The notes beneath the pieces are model-generated. The model made no database searches. It had not been told where the DNA came from and saw nothing but the letters and a program-made list of their open reading frames with translations. Positions 23,860-39,126 of a stretch of 64,000 nucleotides of DNA are shown here, piece by piece (the stretch's first letter is position 1; each line of letters opens with the position of its first letter). A program made the position numbers and the translations under genes. The stretch lies in contig CP075496.1 in NCBI GenBank assembly GCA_021613535.1, positions 12,214,001 to 12,278,000 of the forward strand, written 5' to 3'. This DNA comes from Adineta vaga (taxonomy: Eukaryota > Animalia > Rotifera).

Positions 23860-25738
23860 TCAACGAAAAAAAACGAAAATTCCTCCATATCATACAATGA
23901 TTACGAACTTGTTGTCTTATTTTTCACGAATCTTTCATTTAGAATCCATCCTAATAAATAATCATTATCAACATGATTCATCCTCCGATTTTGCGCGCGT
24001 GCGCGCGCCGATCTTCATCTATCCAAATGTTTACCTACTCTATTAGAGCAATTATTAAATGCGACGAAATTGCTTATCGCGCTTGTTTTTCTATTGATGA
24101 ATCCAATCAGTTATTTGACTTTATGTCTCGAATTTCTACATATTATTTTGTAACGAAATATTTTCTTCGTAATTGATACTATAATCATCTGAATTTCTAT
24201 TCAGTTAGATTATCATATAATTTCTTTCATAATAGCTTGAATCATCATGAATCATATGATATTTTCGATCGAATTAAGGAAAAAGTAACATCACGCAATA
24301 TTTCTTCTGATCTCTCTCTAATATTCGCAGATCATATGGTGAATCAAATAACACTGGTTAAGTACTGTGAAAAATGCTTGTGTTTTGTTTTTCTGTACTA
24401 GTATCAGAATTTCTTGAGTACGGATATTGTCTGTATAATTTAATTTTTTTCGAAGATTGAAGTGCAATTTTTATGGTAACAAACTGTAACATAGAACAGG
24501 AGTTTATAACCTTGAACATACATGATGTTGACTTTTATTTAATTTCTTTTTTTCTTAATGAAAAGAGAAATGTCTGGTAGCAAAACGAGAGAAAAAAATA
24601 CGTTTTTTTCTTTACGATAGTAAGTTGTACTTCCAAGGACTGGATAGGCAATTTGTTCTTATAATTAAAAATACTCATCAATATGAATGTAAGGGTACTT
24701 CACAAGTTATCAAATACATATATATAAATGTATATTGAGCAGTAAATGACGTTCGTCATTTGAGCGTTTCTTTTTTCGATTTTGAAAATGTCAATGAAGT
24801 GTATTGTATTCACGTTGAACAAATATTCAAAGAAACATTTTGATCGAAATACTTAGCAACTACTTAGATGACACTTTGATATAGAGTATGATTGTATTGA
24901 AATAAATCATAATAAGCCCATAAAAAGTATTTAAAATGCAAACAAGACAAGGTTATGTACTTTCTTCATCAAATACTAGTTTGCAGAACATTTGTGTGTA
25001 TTTAAACAAGTATTGTTCGATTTGTCAATATTTTAAAGTCTAACTGAATTTAATACAATACCACAATGGTAGTTGTTTCGAAGAATTTTCATCATAACAA
25101 CCTCATGAATTTCATTATTTTTTTCTATGTCATGCAAAACAATACTACGCATTAGAAGAGCTGAGTACATGGATTTTTCTTGATTACAGAAATAAAAAGT
25201 GAAGTCATTCTTTTCTCTATGTAAATATCGTTTTTTCTCTCCTCTGGAATAATATGTTTAGTGTCCTTGAAACGTTGTATCCATAGACACATACGTACAC
25301 ATTTCCTTTTCTTTACTTAGAACAAACGACAAACAAACTCAATAATAATTAACTAGCGCCCTCATTCTATTCATCTGTCAAATTTCTTTCGTCAATTGGT
25401 CGTTTTCTCTACTCCAATCATTGTCGAACAAGAAGTTTTCCGAAGCCAACGCTCATACAAACAGAACACAACACATGTACACATACTCGCATTCTAATAT
25501 ACTTGCTTTATGTGGTTACGCATCGATAAATTTAACGTTCTTTTTTTTCTTCTTTTTCTCTCGTCGATCTCAAACTGAATGTTGACCATGATACGTCCTG
25601 AATGCTTATTAATGCATTGATTAATTAAAATTCTTTTCATTTTATCTAGATGAAGTTTTATTTTCCAGTATTTAAACGAAATATACTTTTCAAGTGCTTA
25701 ACAATTAATTGAAGAAGAAAAATACCAAAAGCAAAACA

Positions 25739-28700
25739 ATGGTTTCAATAAGATTACGAACAAACCAACAAGCAACAAATAATCTTTTCTATTTTTTACA
25801 TATTCTCTTTTTATTACATATCTATACAGCATTTCTAACCATTGTCAACTCATTAAATAATAATGACAATGAAGGTTTGAATATTTCGTTTGAACGTAGT
25901 CTTTCTTATATGTAGTCTTTTCATTTAGCAATTATTCAATTATCAATGGATTCAATTCATGTTGTGAAATCATCCGATCCTCGATTTTCTGTAATTATTT
26001 AATCTAAATTCTCATTTTGAAAACTTTTCCTTTGTTTTTCAACTGTCAAATAGAACATTGAAGAAAATTCTAGTGATAATGAAGAAAAAGAATTGCTTAT
26101 TGCATTATTAACATCGTTTGATGATGATTATAAACATTCAAAAGAAATTCTTGATGAAAAATCTTCGGAAACCAAAAATTCCAAGGATATAACTAATCTC
26201 AATAACTGTACATCATCATCACCATCAACTGTTTCTACAACCGCATCAGCGTCATCAATGTCAATACGATTTATTCCACCATTACTTGATTTTGGTGAAC
26301 AGTAAGTTTTCGCTCTTCTCTCAATTAAACTACAATGAAATCAATTTTTAGAGCAATTGTAATGCCACGTATGCAAACAGTTGTAATTATTAATGATGAT
26401 TCTCAACCTCTTGAACTTCAATCATTATCTGGTACAACAGTTCAATTTTATTCATCCTATTTTACGCAAAAAGTACTCTCATCAAACGGTGGAAATACAA
26501 CGATCAATGTTTATTATTTACCACGAACAATAGGATTAACGAAAAGTACATTTACCATTAAAACAAATCGTGGTACTCTACATTATTATGTAAATATATC
26601 GACTTCTTTTCTCATTTCTATTCAGAATAAATTTCCATACTTTTCTTCTCCTTCTAGGTTAACGGTATTGGTACATTTAGTCCATTTCATTTACGTCCAT
26701 TAATTGGTGCAACTATACCATTAAATTCTACATTTGATTATACAATACATATTTACAATCCATATAATTATTCAATTGATATCAATGAAATCTATACAAG
26801 TGATGAAAACTTAATTATTGAATTATTATCCTATAAACAACAAAGAACTAAAATTGTCAAAAGTTTTCAACATCAAGAACAATGGCATTTGAAACCTTAT
26901 GAAGTCAAACCGATTATAAAAATCAATTATTTTGCTTATAATTTAGAACGTTTACATGGATTTTGTTGTATTAAAACTAATTCTAATGATACAATTATTA
27001 TACCTGTTGAAATCAATGTATCAGATCAAATAAATCTTTATTCAAATGTTGATATATTAGAATTTTCTTCGGAGAATTTTATACGTTCAACAGCAAAACC
27101 AATAACGATACCTGTGTATGTTATCAATAATAGGAAAAATCCGGTGACAATTACTGTAAGTGAATACAAATCAACGATAAACCAAAGAGCGAGAGAGAGA
27201 GAGAGGAATACTTTCATTACAATGATGTACATTGTTTTTCTTCTTCTAAAGTGCAACATATTTTATGTTGATAGGTCATATAAGAATTTACAAGAGAAAT
27301 ACATTTGCTTTTTATATAAACAAAAATGCATTAAAACGAACTAAAATAGTTCGATGTTATTTACATTTAAATTTCATAAAGAACAGAGTAAAATATCTAC
27401 GAAAATGATTACTGAATGTTTGCTGTAGGGAGTAAGGTTAAGAGCAATCTAGGTTGCTAATACAATTGATTGGTACCATTAGTATTGCAAAAGAATATGT
27501 TTGCTATCGAACCATTACAGGTGAAAAGAAAACATGTCAACAAAATTAAATCAGTGATCATAGAAAATTATTGAATAAGAAAGAATATGATTGATACTCA
27601 ATCAATTATTGAATACTTGAACTGAGTTTATTCATCGTTTTTGTTGTTATTCTTTTTTTCGATGATAATTTGATTCATTAAAATATCGTTTGTAGGATGT
27701 TCGAATTTCAACAGCGAATATAAATTATGTAACAATTCATCATGAGAAAGTTCACGTCCCATCTGGTCATCATCATCTAACGAAAATAGCTGAATTAACC
27801 ATTAATCCAAATTTAGTTCCAAATGATATCAAACGTGTTCGTGGTTCAGTTCAAGTTTATACATCATTATCGATCAATGAAGAACCTGTTCTACAAATTC
27901 CATTTCGTGTAACTGTTCTACATGGTTCACTTGATTATGATAAACCAGCAAGTCTCTTTTACATTCCATCAACATCAGCAGGTTTATCCAATGATAATAA
28001 GAAAGAAGAATGTCGAGCAATAAAATTAATCAATCGATTTAATACATCAATGGTTATATATAATGTAACAACAGATAAAGCAGAATTACTTTCACAATAT
28101 ATACGAGTAAGTTAATCTTTTTTTTTGAAACAAATTTCTTTTTACAAATTTGATTTGTATTCAATAGCTGAAAATTCTTTCACCATACGTATATGCAAAA
28201 CCAGGCGAATCTATCTATCCTGTGTGTATTAGTATCATCAAATCATCAGTATTACCTGTCCCGTATAACAATCTCGAAGCATCACTTACATTATATACGA
28301 ATCTATCTTACTTTCATTTACCCATATTTTTATATAATGGATTACTCGGTGTAAGTTCTTAAGAACTGAAATGAGAAACACGTTTCATGAATAGAGAAAT
28401 CTATATATTTATTTTCATTTAGCATCAAGTCGTCGCGGATAATGCTAATGGTGGTATTCGACGGAATGAAACAAATCCATCCGAATATTTTCTAGCAAGT
28501 ATACCGGTGAATTCGCCACGTACAGTAAAATTCATATTACAAAATGCAAATCCAGTCGAGATACCCATTGAAAAAATCTCGTTTACATTACCAAAATCAA
28601 CTCTTCAAATTTCTCAAATACAAACACTAAATGGTAGTCGAACAAATACGGCATTCAAAAGTGTATATCGAAATGGTGATATCATCGAAGTAAACTTATC

Positions 28701-31700
28701 GAAAGATAGAAAATAAAAGAAAGAATTAATAAAAATCATTTTTTATATTTTGAATTTAAAGCTTGTTCTTCCTGCTCATCATCAAGCGATATTCTCTTTA
28801 ACAATACATGGTACAAGTGGACCCTCATTTTATAACGAAATGATAACATTTCAAACACGTTATGAAGTAAGAAAAACGATCTTTTTGTTTTTCTATTTCA
28901 CATTCTCTACATACGTTCGTTTTTCTTCGATAGACAATTAAAATGAATGTAAAATATCGTATTATCAGTGGATCAATTGGACTTGCAAATAAAACACCGT
29001 TACATATTGATGTATTTCCAGTATGAGATTTTGTTCAGAAAGAAAAAAGTAAATTTATCAAAACATGTTCAATTATTTTTATAGAACCGTCTGACAATGA
29101 CAAGTATAACTTTACATAATGGATTTGATGAACCGATAGATGTGACACGTATGGAATTTCCAACATATGGTAACTGTTTTTCATTTATTTGGAATACGAC
29201 ATCAACAAATAAACTAATTATTGATGCAAATAAAAGTCATCAGGTACTTATTTATTTTCAAATTATCGTATAGTCTCAAGTCTTATCGTTATTTTATTAG
29301 ATCGGAAAGTTAACTTTTGATATGTTACCATTATGTAATAGTATTCAAATACCATCTGAATCAACATGCTATTGTGGTTTAACTAATCATCCAGAATTCA
29401 AGAAACGATGGGAACAACATGTATCAGCATTAAATACACAAGAGCTTGATGATATATTAGTGACAAAATTTCGAAATCTTTGGAAAGAATGGACATCACT
29501 TGTAAGAAAACAACGGTAAGAGATTTTCAATTGACCAGTTTCTTAAAAAAATGATATATTTCAATTTTAGAATACAAACAAATATTTGGCTTATAACAGA
29601 TCAAGCTGAAGTATCATTGCCGGTAACGATTGGTTTTGTTTGGCCATCAGTACTCGAATTTATGACATCAGCAGTATCACGTACACCGGTTATTATTGAT
29701 TATCATTTAACACTTCTAAATACAACAAAAGTAAATGATTAATTTATAAATGATATTTGTTGTTTTATCTATTTCTTACTCTTTAGGCACATAATATTGT
29801 CGTAACAAATCCATCGTCAACTATGATTCAATATACAGTTGAAATTATAAGCAGTTATGATAATAAAAAGATTAGAAATAAACGAAATTCCGCTACTCAT
29901 CAAAAAATATTTGATATTACAACAGTATGTATTGAAATAAATCAATCTTTTGTGAAAAGAAAACATGTATAGCAAAAGGAAATTCAAGGATTCTATTCTT
30001 TTAGCTTAGTATGTGAGAATAAAGTTGAGGATGGTGTGATTGAATTATAATTCATGTTTTTGAAATTCTTTATTTTTTTCTTTTTAGACATCTAAAAAAG
30101 TGGAATTATCTAATGAGGTATACAAATTTAATCTTCTACCAAATGAACAAATTACATTTACTGCATCGTATCAGCCAAAACAATCCATAAAACATGAAAT
30201 CTATTTTGTTGTTCGGTATGTTGTTGTTTTCTTGAAATTGAAATTGAAAATAAAATGCACAAATTTATTCTTTTCTGTCAAGAAATAATTTAACAATCAT
30301 TGAATCAATACTTTTACGTGGTGAAGGTGGTAGTGGCAGTTTAACTGTTGGTAATCGAAAAGCAGGTTCATCCGATATACCTCTTGTTTTGGAAATGAAT
30401 GAAAAACAATATAAACTTTGTACAAGTAATTTTTTTATTTCCTAGAAACAAAAAAATGAATCTGATTTTGTTTTTGTTCTTCAATGAATAGATTATCCTT
30501 CGACAGATGATCCACGTGGAAATCCTATTTTATTGAAAGTAGTAACGTTACGTAATACAGGAAATATACGAGCAATTATTCATGGTATATCATTTGGTCA
30601 TTCGAAATGTAGTGGTCAAGGATTTTCTGTAAATACCTGCTCAGAAATTGAAATTGAACCAAATGAACGTTATGATCTTCAAATTCAGTAAGAATAAAAC
30701 AAATGCTGTTCTTTATTTTCATTCTATTTCTATGTCATTGTTCTTAGTTTTCAACCCGATTATACTCTGACTGAAATAGCTGAAACTTTAACATTGAATA
30801 CTAATATTGGTGTGATGACATTTCCACTTATTGTTCGTATACCACAACGTGTTTTAGCAACATGTTATCAGACGATTCCACGACCTATATGGGAATTGCG
30901 AATGTATTGGCTATGTTTATTTTCATTTGTAGTCATGTTTCTGTGTATTATCTTCGTTTCTATCTATGAAGCTCGACACTTATATAATGATGTAAATGAA
31001 ATCAAATATTCTTTCTGTCAAGTAAACTTAGTTGTTTGTGTTTATTTTAGTATTTAGCTCGATTAGAACTTCGTTGCCGAATGACAATACCAAATGAAAA
31101 ACCATTTAATCTCAACGATTTGACAGACACTGTACGTGATGAACAAAAACCTCGGTAAGAAAATAGTTATGAATATCTAATTTAAGAAAAAACATCATCT
31201 TTTTTCTCTAGTGAACGCATTGAATTGCGTACATCAGCAAATATTGCCAATAATAAGAAAGATATATTAAAAGATGAAAATAAAACAAAAGAAAATGATA
31301 TCAAATTGAAACGTCCGCATATAGCAACGAATGGAAATAAAGATAATGGAGAAACGACATCAAAAGTATTAAGAAATTTCATTATTAAATTTGATTTAAT
31401 TGTAATTTTAAATTAACAGTTACCAAGAAATTCAGATGGTTTGAATGGATCTGTTCGTAGTGCAGCAACAAGTCCAAAAGCATTAGCACACAAGCACAGA
31501 CGAGTAACAACAGAAAATGCACTAGTTGTCAAGGTAAGGAAAATAGTTACTTATGGAAAAAGAAAAACTTGGAGATGATTGTTTTCTTTTTAAATTTTAG
31601 TCTTCAAAACAACAGGCAGAGACATTAGTCAAACCACAACCATTGAAAGTACAAAAATCACCGAATACAGAACAGTCCACAGTGATAACACCACGTTCAA

Positions 31701-34539
31701 CAACTCCTCCTTCAACACCTCAATCGGCTTCTTTCACCGATGAAGAAAATGAACCATTTATGGTATGGTTCGAAGAATTGAGACAATAAGAATGCTTTAT
31801 AAATGTCTATTCTCATAGGTTGCTCGATCAAAACGTGTTACAAGCAAAACAAAAGAAATAACGACTAATGTTACACCTGCTAAATCGACACCACTTACCA
31901 ATGGTGTGGTTTCATCGCAGTCCACACCTCCGTCACTACCACCACCACCACCTCCAGCACCACCACTACCGCCTTTACCTTCTATAGGAATTTCGAAATC
32001 AACTGCGCGTTCTGAAATTTCTGAACAGAGACATCATCAACAAGATTTATCACGATCTACTGATTCACTTCATGATCAACAATGGAATACGGTTAGTTCA
32101 AATCGAAATCTACGCAAGGGAGCTACTGCAGCTAGTCATCGACGTGAGAAAACTGATGAATCAACAACAACAACAAAAACGAACAAAACAACAGTCAATA
32201 ATACCGGTAAAAATCTAACTTTATTACATAGAACAAAATATCTTGTGCAAAAGTTTATCCTACACTTCGAATATCTTTTACAGTCTTCTTCTTCTTCTTC
32301 TTCTTCTCCTTGTTTACTTCTGATTGATGTTGTTTTGTTTTGTATCGGCTTCTTTTTGTAGAAAATTCAACCGTGTCAGCAGTGCCATCATCTCACACAC
32401 ATGCTTCTGTTTCTAATCAAGCGACACAGCCGCGTCGGCGTCGGGGACGACGTCCGGCTCGTCCTTCATCGCCTTCACATATTCCTTTTTTGACAAAAAG
32501 AACGAATTTTCAATCTAATACTCCATTACGTACTCCTAATCGCGAACTGGCATTTCGTCAGTTAACTGAACAGTTATGGGCAGCTGGATTACCCTCATCG
32601 ACGACGGCTTGTTCTATGTCGGTTCGTTCACGTTGTTCATCAGCACCGCCTTCTGAACGTGGGGGTGCTGACGATGAAATGAAAAAAATTGAATGGAACA
32701 ACAGTTATGATGATGAAGATGAAAATATGATCGATTGGGATGAACCGGATAAACCTGATGATGGTAATAGTAGTAGTAAAAATAACGACATATCTATAAA
32801 TTTTAATATACGATTATCTCACATGCATATACTGACACGCTTGACGCTTAAACGATTATTGTTCGTGCTTGCTTTGCTCTTTCAAACATATCGAAACTAG
32901 ATGAATACTTGTATATATATATATACATAGCAACTTTATTACATCGAATGAAAGGAACGAACTAAGTTCTGTCTTTAAATTTTCCTTCTTTTTAATTTGC
33001 TTTGATGTTCTATCAAAAGAAAAACAAGGTGGTGGTATTTTCATTTAAGTATTGTTTTTCTTCTTGCTCTCCAAACTATTCATATCAGTCCATCTCTCTT
33101 ATATACACGGTCCTATTTGCGTAATTTTGTACTTGAGAACAATAACATATACATATGTACGATTGCATTGCCGATTAATCAACGCTCATTTTATATGCTT
33201 AATCTAATGCTTTTTCTAAAACTACTCAATGATTTTCCGTACACACACACACACATATATGTATACATGTTCAAAGATGGTAAATAATTATTTCATTTTC
33301 TACTATAGATTTTGGTCGCTATATTCCACAAACAGAGACAGCTGCGGAAGAACCCAACATTATTAATGAATGGATACAACCGATAAAAGTAACAGCTAAT
33401 GGTATTCCATCACTCATGTCTACACCAGCAGCACCAAAGCAGATCACATCAACAACTATTCCACAAAACATGATAACACCTTCGACAAACATCAATGAAG
33501 AGTAAGTAAAGAAAACGAAATATTATAGTCAAAATTATCTCTAGAAAGACACTAATAGTAAATAAGAGCGTATTGAACATTTACACGACGTTTTTCTATA
33601 TAGTCTTCAGCTGCTATCATTTCCACAACATGGTCCAGGCCCGATACAACGACCAAGTAAACTGGCATGTCTATTACCATTAACACTACCGACATCATCA
33701 TGCCCAATAAATTCACTTCATTCACCTGAAACACCAGATGTACTTGATCAATTAAATCGTCTTCTCGATCATCAAAACAGTGTAATAGCAACAACAGATA
33801 TCACAACTCCAACAGCGGCAGTTCCATCAACATCTATTGTTCATAATTCAACTGTACCAACCAATGATTTAACGACAGCAAATATACCTTGGACAACATT
33901 TTCACCAATTGAATGGCCATCTAAATACGAATCTTCGTGGCCATCAACAATTATTCAAAAGCCAACGGTACCATCAACAACACAAATGCAGAATCCTTTT
34001 GCATTTGTGTCACCTATAAATGAAGTATCACGACCAACCACAGGAGAAGATTCATCTGTCTGGTCATCTGTATTAGGTACAGTTTCACCACGTTTATTAG
34101 GAACAGGTACACGTACACAACGTGTTTCAACATGGAATGACTTATTTTCATCAACTGTCCCATCAGCACCTGAATTAGTGAAACCAAACAATAATCCATG
34201 GTTAAAAAGCTGGCCGGCACCTGATCCATCTTCAGCTGATGGTACAGCACCGAACGGACATGAAACAGAAACAATGAATCCGGTAAGATTTCTTTCTTCA
34301 TATTATAATTGTATAAAAGAATTTGTTCTTTTGTTTTTCTTTTACAGTTTTGGAGTTTAAATAGATTATCTAATGAACTAACAGTACCATCAACAGCACC
34401 AGCTCAACAAGGAGTAACTTCAACAACATGGTGGTCAAATGCATCATCCGATGAAAATAACAACAAGAGTCAAACAAATCATTTAAATAATGATTCAACG
34501 ATTAATCGTGATCAATCTCGTTGGGATTTTGCTCGTTAG
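25739..34539 (+). CDS. TMEM131: Transmembrane protein 131-like (collagen secretion adaptor); many exons
   Basis: Signal peptide; SIRFIPPLLDFGEQ; ASH/PapD-like Ig repeats (IYNPY, LQNANPV, VTNPSS, LRNTGN); RNNLTIIE; CSGQGFSVNTC; FQPDYT; PRPIWE followed by a TM helix; long low-complexity S/T/P tail. Stop at 34537-34539. Confidence 0.88.
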
Positions 34540-35176
34540 AAAAAAAGAAAGCAATTCGAAAAAAACAATTCGTTTTTGTCTTTGATATTTCTTTACCCGT
34601 GACTAGTATTCAATAAGGAAACGAAAAAAAAGAAGGAAGAAAAGTCGTTTTAATCAAGATTAATTGTATTTATCAGTTTTTGTTTGTTTGTTTTTCTCTT
34701 CATTAATCAATCATTTTTCAATTGTGCATTCAATTCTCATGGATTCATTCATTGCGCAATTTCTTTCGTTTTGTATAAAAAGTGCGAGAGAAAAAGAAAC
34801 TATAATAATAATAACGATGGGAAAATTCAAATAAAACGTTTTAGAAAATCTTCTTATAGTAGATTTATTTAATCAATATTGACACTAACTCTATTTAAAA
34901 CGACTGTTCATTCGAAATATAGAAAGGATAAAACATTTCATCCAGTAAATCCTTGTTGATAGGCATTTGAATACGTCATATATTCATATTGTGAAAAGTT
35001 TATTACTCATGCTGAATTTGTATTGGAGAAAAGAAATATGATTGAAGTCGACATACGGAAAAGTAGTTATCGATCTTTCTTTCTTGTTCTATGTTATATT
35101 ACAATAAACTTCTTAACTGTTACGAGCAGCTGGTGTCACATTAGTAAGCTAACAGAAGAGTAAAACACGAAGCTTA

Positions 35177-38100
35177 ATGCCGTCGAACGAAACAAATGGA
35201 ACGGATAGTTCAACATCTGTTGAGGGTAAATTATATATTAATATATATAATATTTAAATGTACTTACTCTCCTGAGATTAGTATCTTGACAATAAATAGT
35301 AATTTTTTTTTACAAATATTGACTGATGAAAGTAGTCTACTATATCTTATTCTTTGTATCAAAAAATCAATGTTTGAACATTTCAATGACAAAAAAAGAA
35401 TATGTGCACAGAATGTTCTACATTCACTCCCATATCTTTATTCCATTTTTAATTAGTTTCTTATAAAAAAATAATTAAACAACCAGAATAGACAGAACGT
35501 ATGTCAAAACCTATTTTATATCACAAGTGTGATTATTCATTAAACTTCCTAATATAGTTTCATATCGTCGACATGTAATCGATGATATTCTCGGTTTAAT
35601 TAAAGACTAACAGTTTATTCATTTACGTACAAGAAGCTCGAATGGAAAAATCATAGGCATGATATTGTTAGTCTGCTGGTATTTCTAAAAGTCCATCGAT
35701 TATAATTAGCATCAGTTCTGTTCCTTTCTTCTTTTAGGAGCTATATCATGGAGTGCTATTATATTTCTATTATTTGTTACTCTTCTATTGATTATTTCAA
35801 TTGTATTAGTACTTTATTTTGAAAAACTTTGTTGTTTTGCACGATATCGATTTTTAAAACATTTATTAAGAAGAATTACACGAACGAAAAGATCATCACC
35901 AACTTCTACGATAACTCAACCTGGTCTGTCAGTACTAGTTGATAAACCTAAAGAAGAAAAGCAATCTTTATCAACAATTCAAGACTATCTTTGGATTGCT
36001 GGTCAACGTGAACATATAACTACATTTGAACCATCGGATATGTTCAATACTAATGAATTAAGTAAATATAATAGTTTAAATAGCATTCTCTTATTATTAC
36101 TTTCGATTGTCTGTCGTTTTCTTTTACTTCACTTCTTTTTTAGTTATTAGTCAACACATCAAAAACTTCTCTAACTCAATATTTCCTGTCGTGACTGTCT
36201 TTTCTTCTTCTCTTTTTCCTCTTTTCTTTATTTATTTACTTGAGTTTATGCTATTAGCTTTCTGCTTTTCTTCTCTTCTCTCTTTACATACTTTGTGATA
36301 ATGATGAACGATGAATAAGAGAACAGACCGCATACAGGTACAGCTATCCTCTGCCTTTTCCCTTTTCTCACATATATACACACACACTCTCTCTCTCTCT
36401 TTTTCAGAAACTTTTGTGGAACTTTTTTTTTCTTCATTGTTCTCTATATTCAATACATAAATATCGTCGATAGATAGTACGGTTACGTTAATTTCTTTTC
36501 TCTTATCTCGATAACGACCAAAACGCTTTTTCTTTAATTCTTTCTTCCATAAATCCTGTCGAACATTCAATGAGTTGACTTCTAGTTATCAACTGAAGAG
36601 TTAACTTTCGCATTTATTCAGATGACAGATCTGCTTGAACGCATCTATTCATTGTTAAAACGTTAATTAATTTTAAAGTACGACCATTTTTTCTATTGAA
36701 TTTAATATTTAATACAAAACACATTAATCAAGGTAAGTCTCGTAGTCGAGTTTGCATGTTTGAAAAAAAAAGAAAGAAAAAGAAGCGACAACAGGAACCT
36801 TTATTAATTGATATATAAATCTTTTCTTCTAGACGTATTAAACAGTATACCATCTATCTAATCGCGTGAGTGGATGTAAGAAACGCACAATTTTTTCCAA
36901 ATACACGCACATCAATATTCAAGATCAGTTCTTATAGAACATTCATCTTCTAATTTCTTTCTCCAAGCAACAATGTGTTACTATCCTTTTTTTCGTAAGA
37001 TCGTTATCATCGATGTCATCTAGGTTTTGTTCGTGTCTGTTTTGTATCCATGTAAATAAGAAGTGATAAAGAACATTGAAATTCTATAGGGAAATTAGTT
37101 GTTCACATATCTTCTTGCTTTTCTTCTCCTTTCTGTTCAATATGGTCGATCTTTGCACTGCAAATATTTAACTGTTGTTCAGATTGATTATAAATCATTA
37201 TTGATATGAAAATATTCATTTATATCTAGCAGGTACGGACCTTCCAGATGATGATTATACAACATTAGTACCTCCAATTAAACATGTTCATGATACAAAT
37301 CGAAAGCTACCACAAATACCAATCATTGTGGAAAATAAAGAAAATGGATCACCTATAGCAAAGAGTATTTCGATTGACAAAGAACATCTTTTCTTTAAAC
37401 TATCTTCGAGATAATTCTAGCTAGAAAATCTCATACAAATGCAAATGATCGACGAAAAACAAACATAACTGAAGTTTCAAAACGTCAACCAAGTACAAAT
37501 CATGAATCAATGAGTCGTGCACAATCAGCTCCATCATCGCCTGCTCTATCACATCATAATAGACAGAATTCAAAACGTAATCGAATGCTGATGGACCATA
37601 TTGACGTTGTAAGAATTTTCATTTATTATTGAAAGTCTATCAAAAAAATATGTACATCTATTATTTAAGAAGATAAATATTTCAAAATACATGACAAAGA
37701 GATTAACAGTTATGTTACAATTTGTAAGGTGATATAGTGAAACATATTTTTGTTACTAGAGAGAAATCATTTGTTCATCTTGGAAGAAATAACCGGATAT
37801 TTGTTGTTGTTTAGAACTCTCATTTCCTGAGAATAGAACTATTTGAAATCTTCTTAGTATTGTTAATTGTGATAGTAGAGAATATTTTAAATTTTTTTTC
37901 TTTCATCATAGGATACGAAATCTATATCAAGTGATCAAAGTTCTGTATTAGTCAACGGACCAGACACTAGTCTCCCATTGGGTACACTTGAAATTCGTTT
38001 GAAATTCGATGCAAAAAATAGCAAAATGTGGGTTTTTGTAATCAAAGCAGCATTAGAAATCAATCAACGTTTATCAAAACAATTACTTGTTCAAGTACAT

Positions 38101-39126
38101 CTAACTATGTTACCTAATAAACGAATTCGTTTTCGTACACGAGCGAAACCTGCTGATAATGCTATGTTTGCTGAAGAATTCTTTTGTAAAGTTTCACCTG
38201 GTTCGTTTTTATCGATTTTGTTTTTCTCATGAAATTGATCTTTCTCATTTTAAAAATCGTGTCGATTAGATTCAATACAAACACAAGGTATTCGTTTTCG
38301 ATTATATACAAATGAACGTTTCAAACGAGAAAAACTTCTTGCTGAAGCAACAGTTATGTTTGGTTTAGTTAATCTTGATGAAGATATGTGTAAAATCATA
38401 CCACTGGAACGAGTTTATGTATATCGAGCATATGATACTCATATTTATCGGAATCTATTTTCTTTCTCTTCTAGTTATCTGATGATTCAGAATTAGTTGG
38501 TACTCATTCACGAACAAGTAGTAATGCTGCATCAAGAAAAAGTTCAATTGTTACAAATACGGGACAGACTAGTTCACTTCTACCTGAACTTGAAATTGGT
38601 TTAGCTTATGATAAAATTCAAGCAATGTTGGTTCTTGAGATAGGAAAAGGAATTAATTTTGGTATGTCATCACAAGGACGAGCTCCAGGTATGTATAGTT
38701 CTATTTTTAATAAAGATTTTCTATGTATAATTTTACAAGATACATATGGTCAAATTACACTTCTAAATGCCAGTGGTGAAGAAATGATATCAAATCGAAC
38801 AGTTACACGTCGTACTCAACATCATCCAGTTTTTGCTGAACGTTATCCATATAATATTCAAGAAAATCTTCTCAATCAAATAACACTTGTAATCACAATT
38901 ATTAATAAAAATTCGACGGGAAAAAATGATCGTAATCTTGGATGGATATCATTTGGTAAGGATTTTTCTTTATTCGTTTACGTTGTCAGAAAAACAATTA
39001 TATTGATTTGTTTGAACATTTTTAGGACATGGTGCCAGTGGAAATACTCAAGTTGCTCATTGGGATTCCATGCTGAATGCACAAGGTGATACGATAACAC
39101 GATGGCATGCCTTATTAGAAAGTTAA
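35177..39126 (+). CDS. SYT14: Synaptotagmin-14/16-like (N-terminal TM + tandem C2 domains)
   Basis: Exon 1 (35177-35225, MPSNETNGTDSSTSVEG with N-glycosylation sequons) splices in phase 1 to the TM exon at 35738. C2A: GTLEIRL...QVHLTMLPNKRIRFRTR. C2B: PELEIGLAY...APDTYG. The C-terminus RWHALLES* is typical of SYT14/16. Confidence 0.82.

Noticed and set aside
23973-24401. ORF divergent from TMEM249 with a GC-rich gcgcgcgtgcgcgcgc patch and an exon-like stretch at ~24237-24401
   Set aside because: I could not build a consistent spliced model or recognise a protein. It may be a promoter element or a decayed gene.
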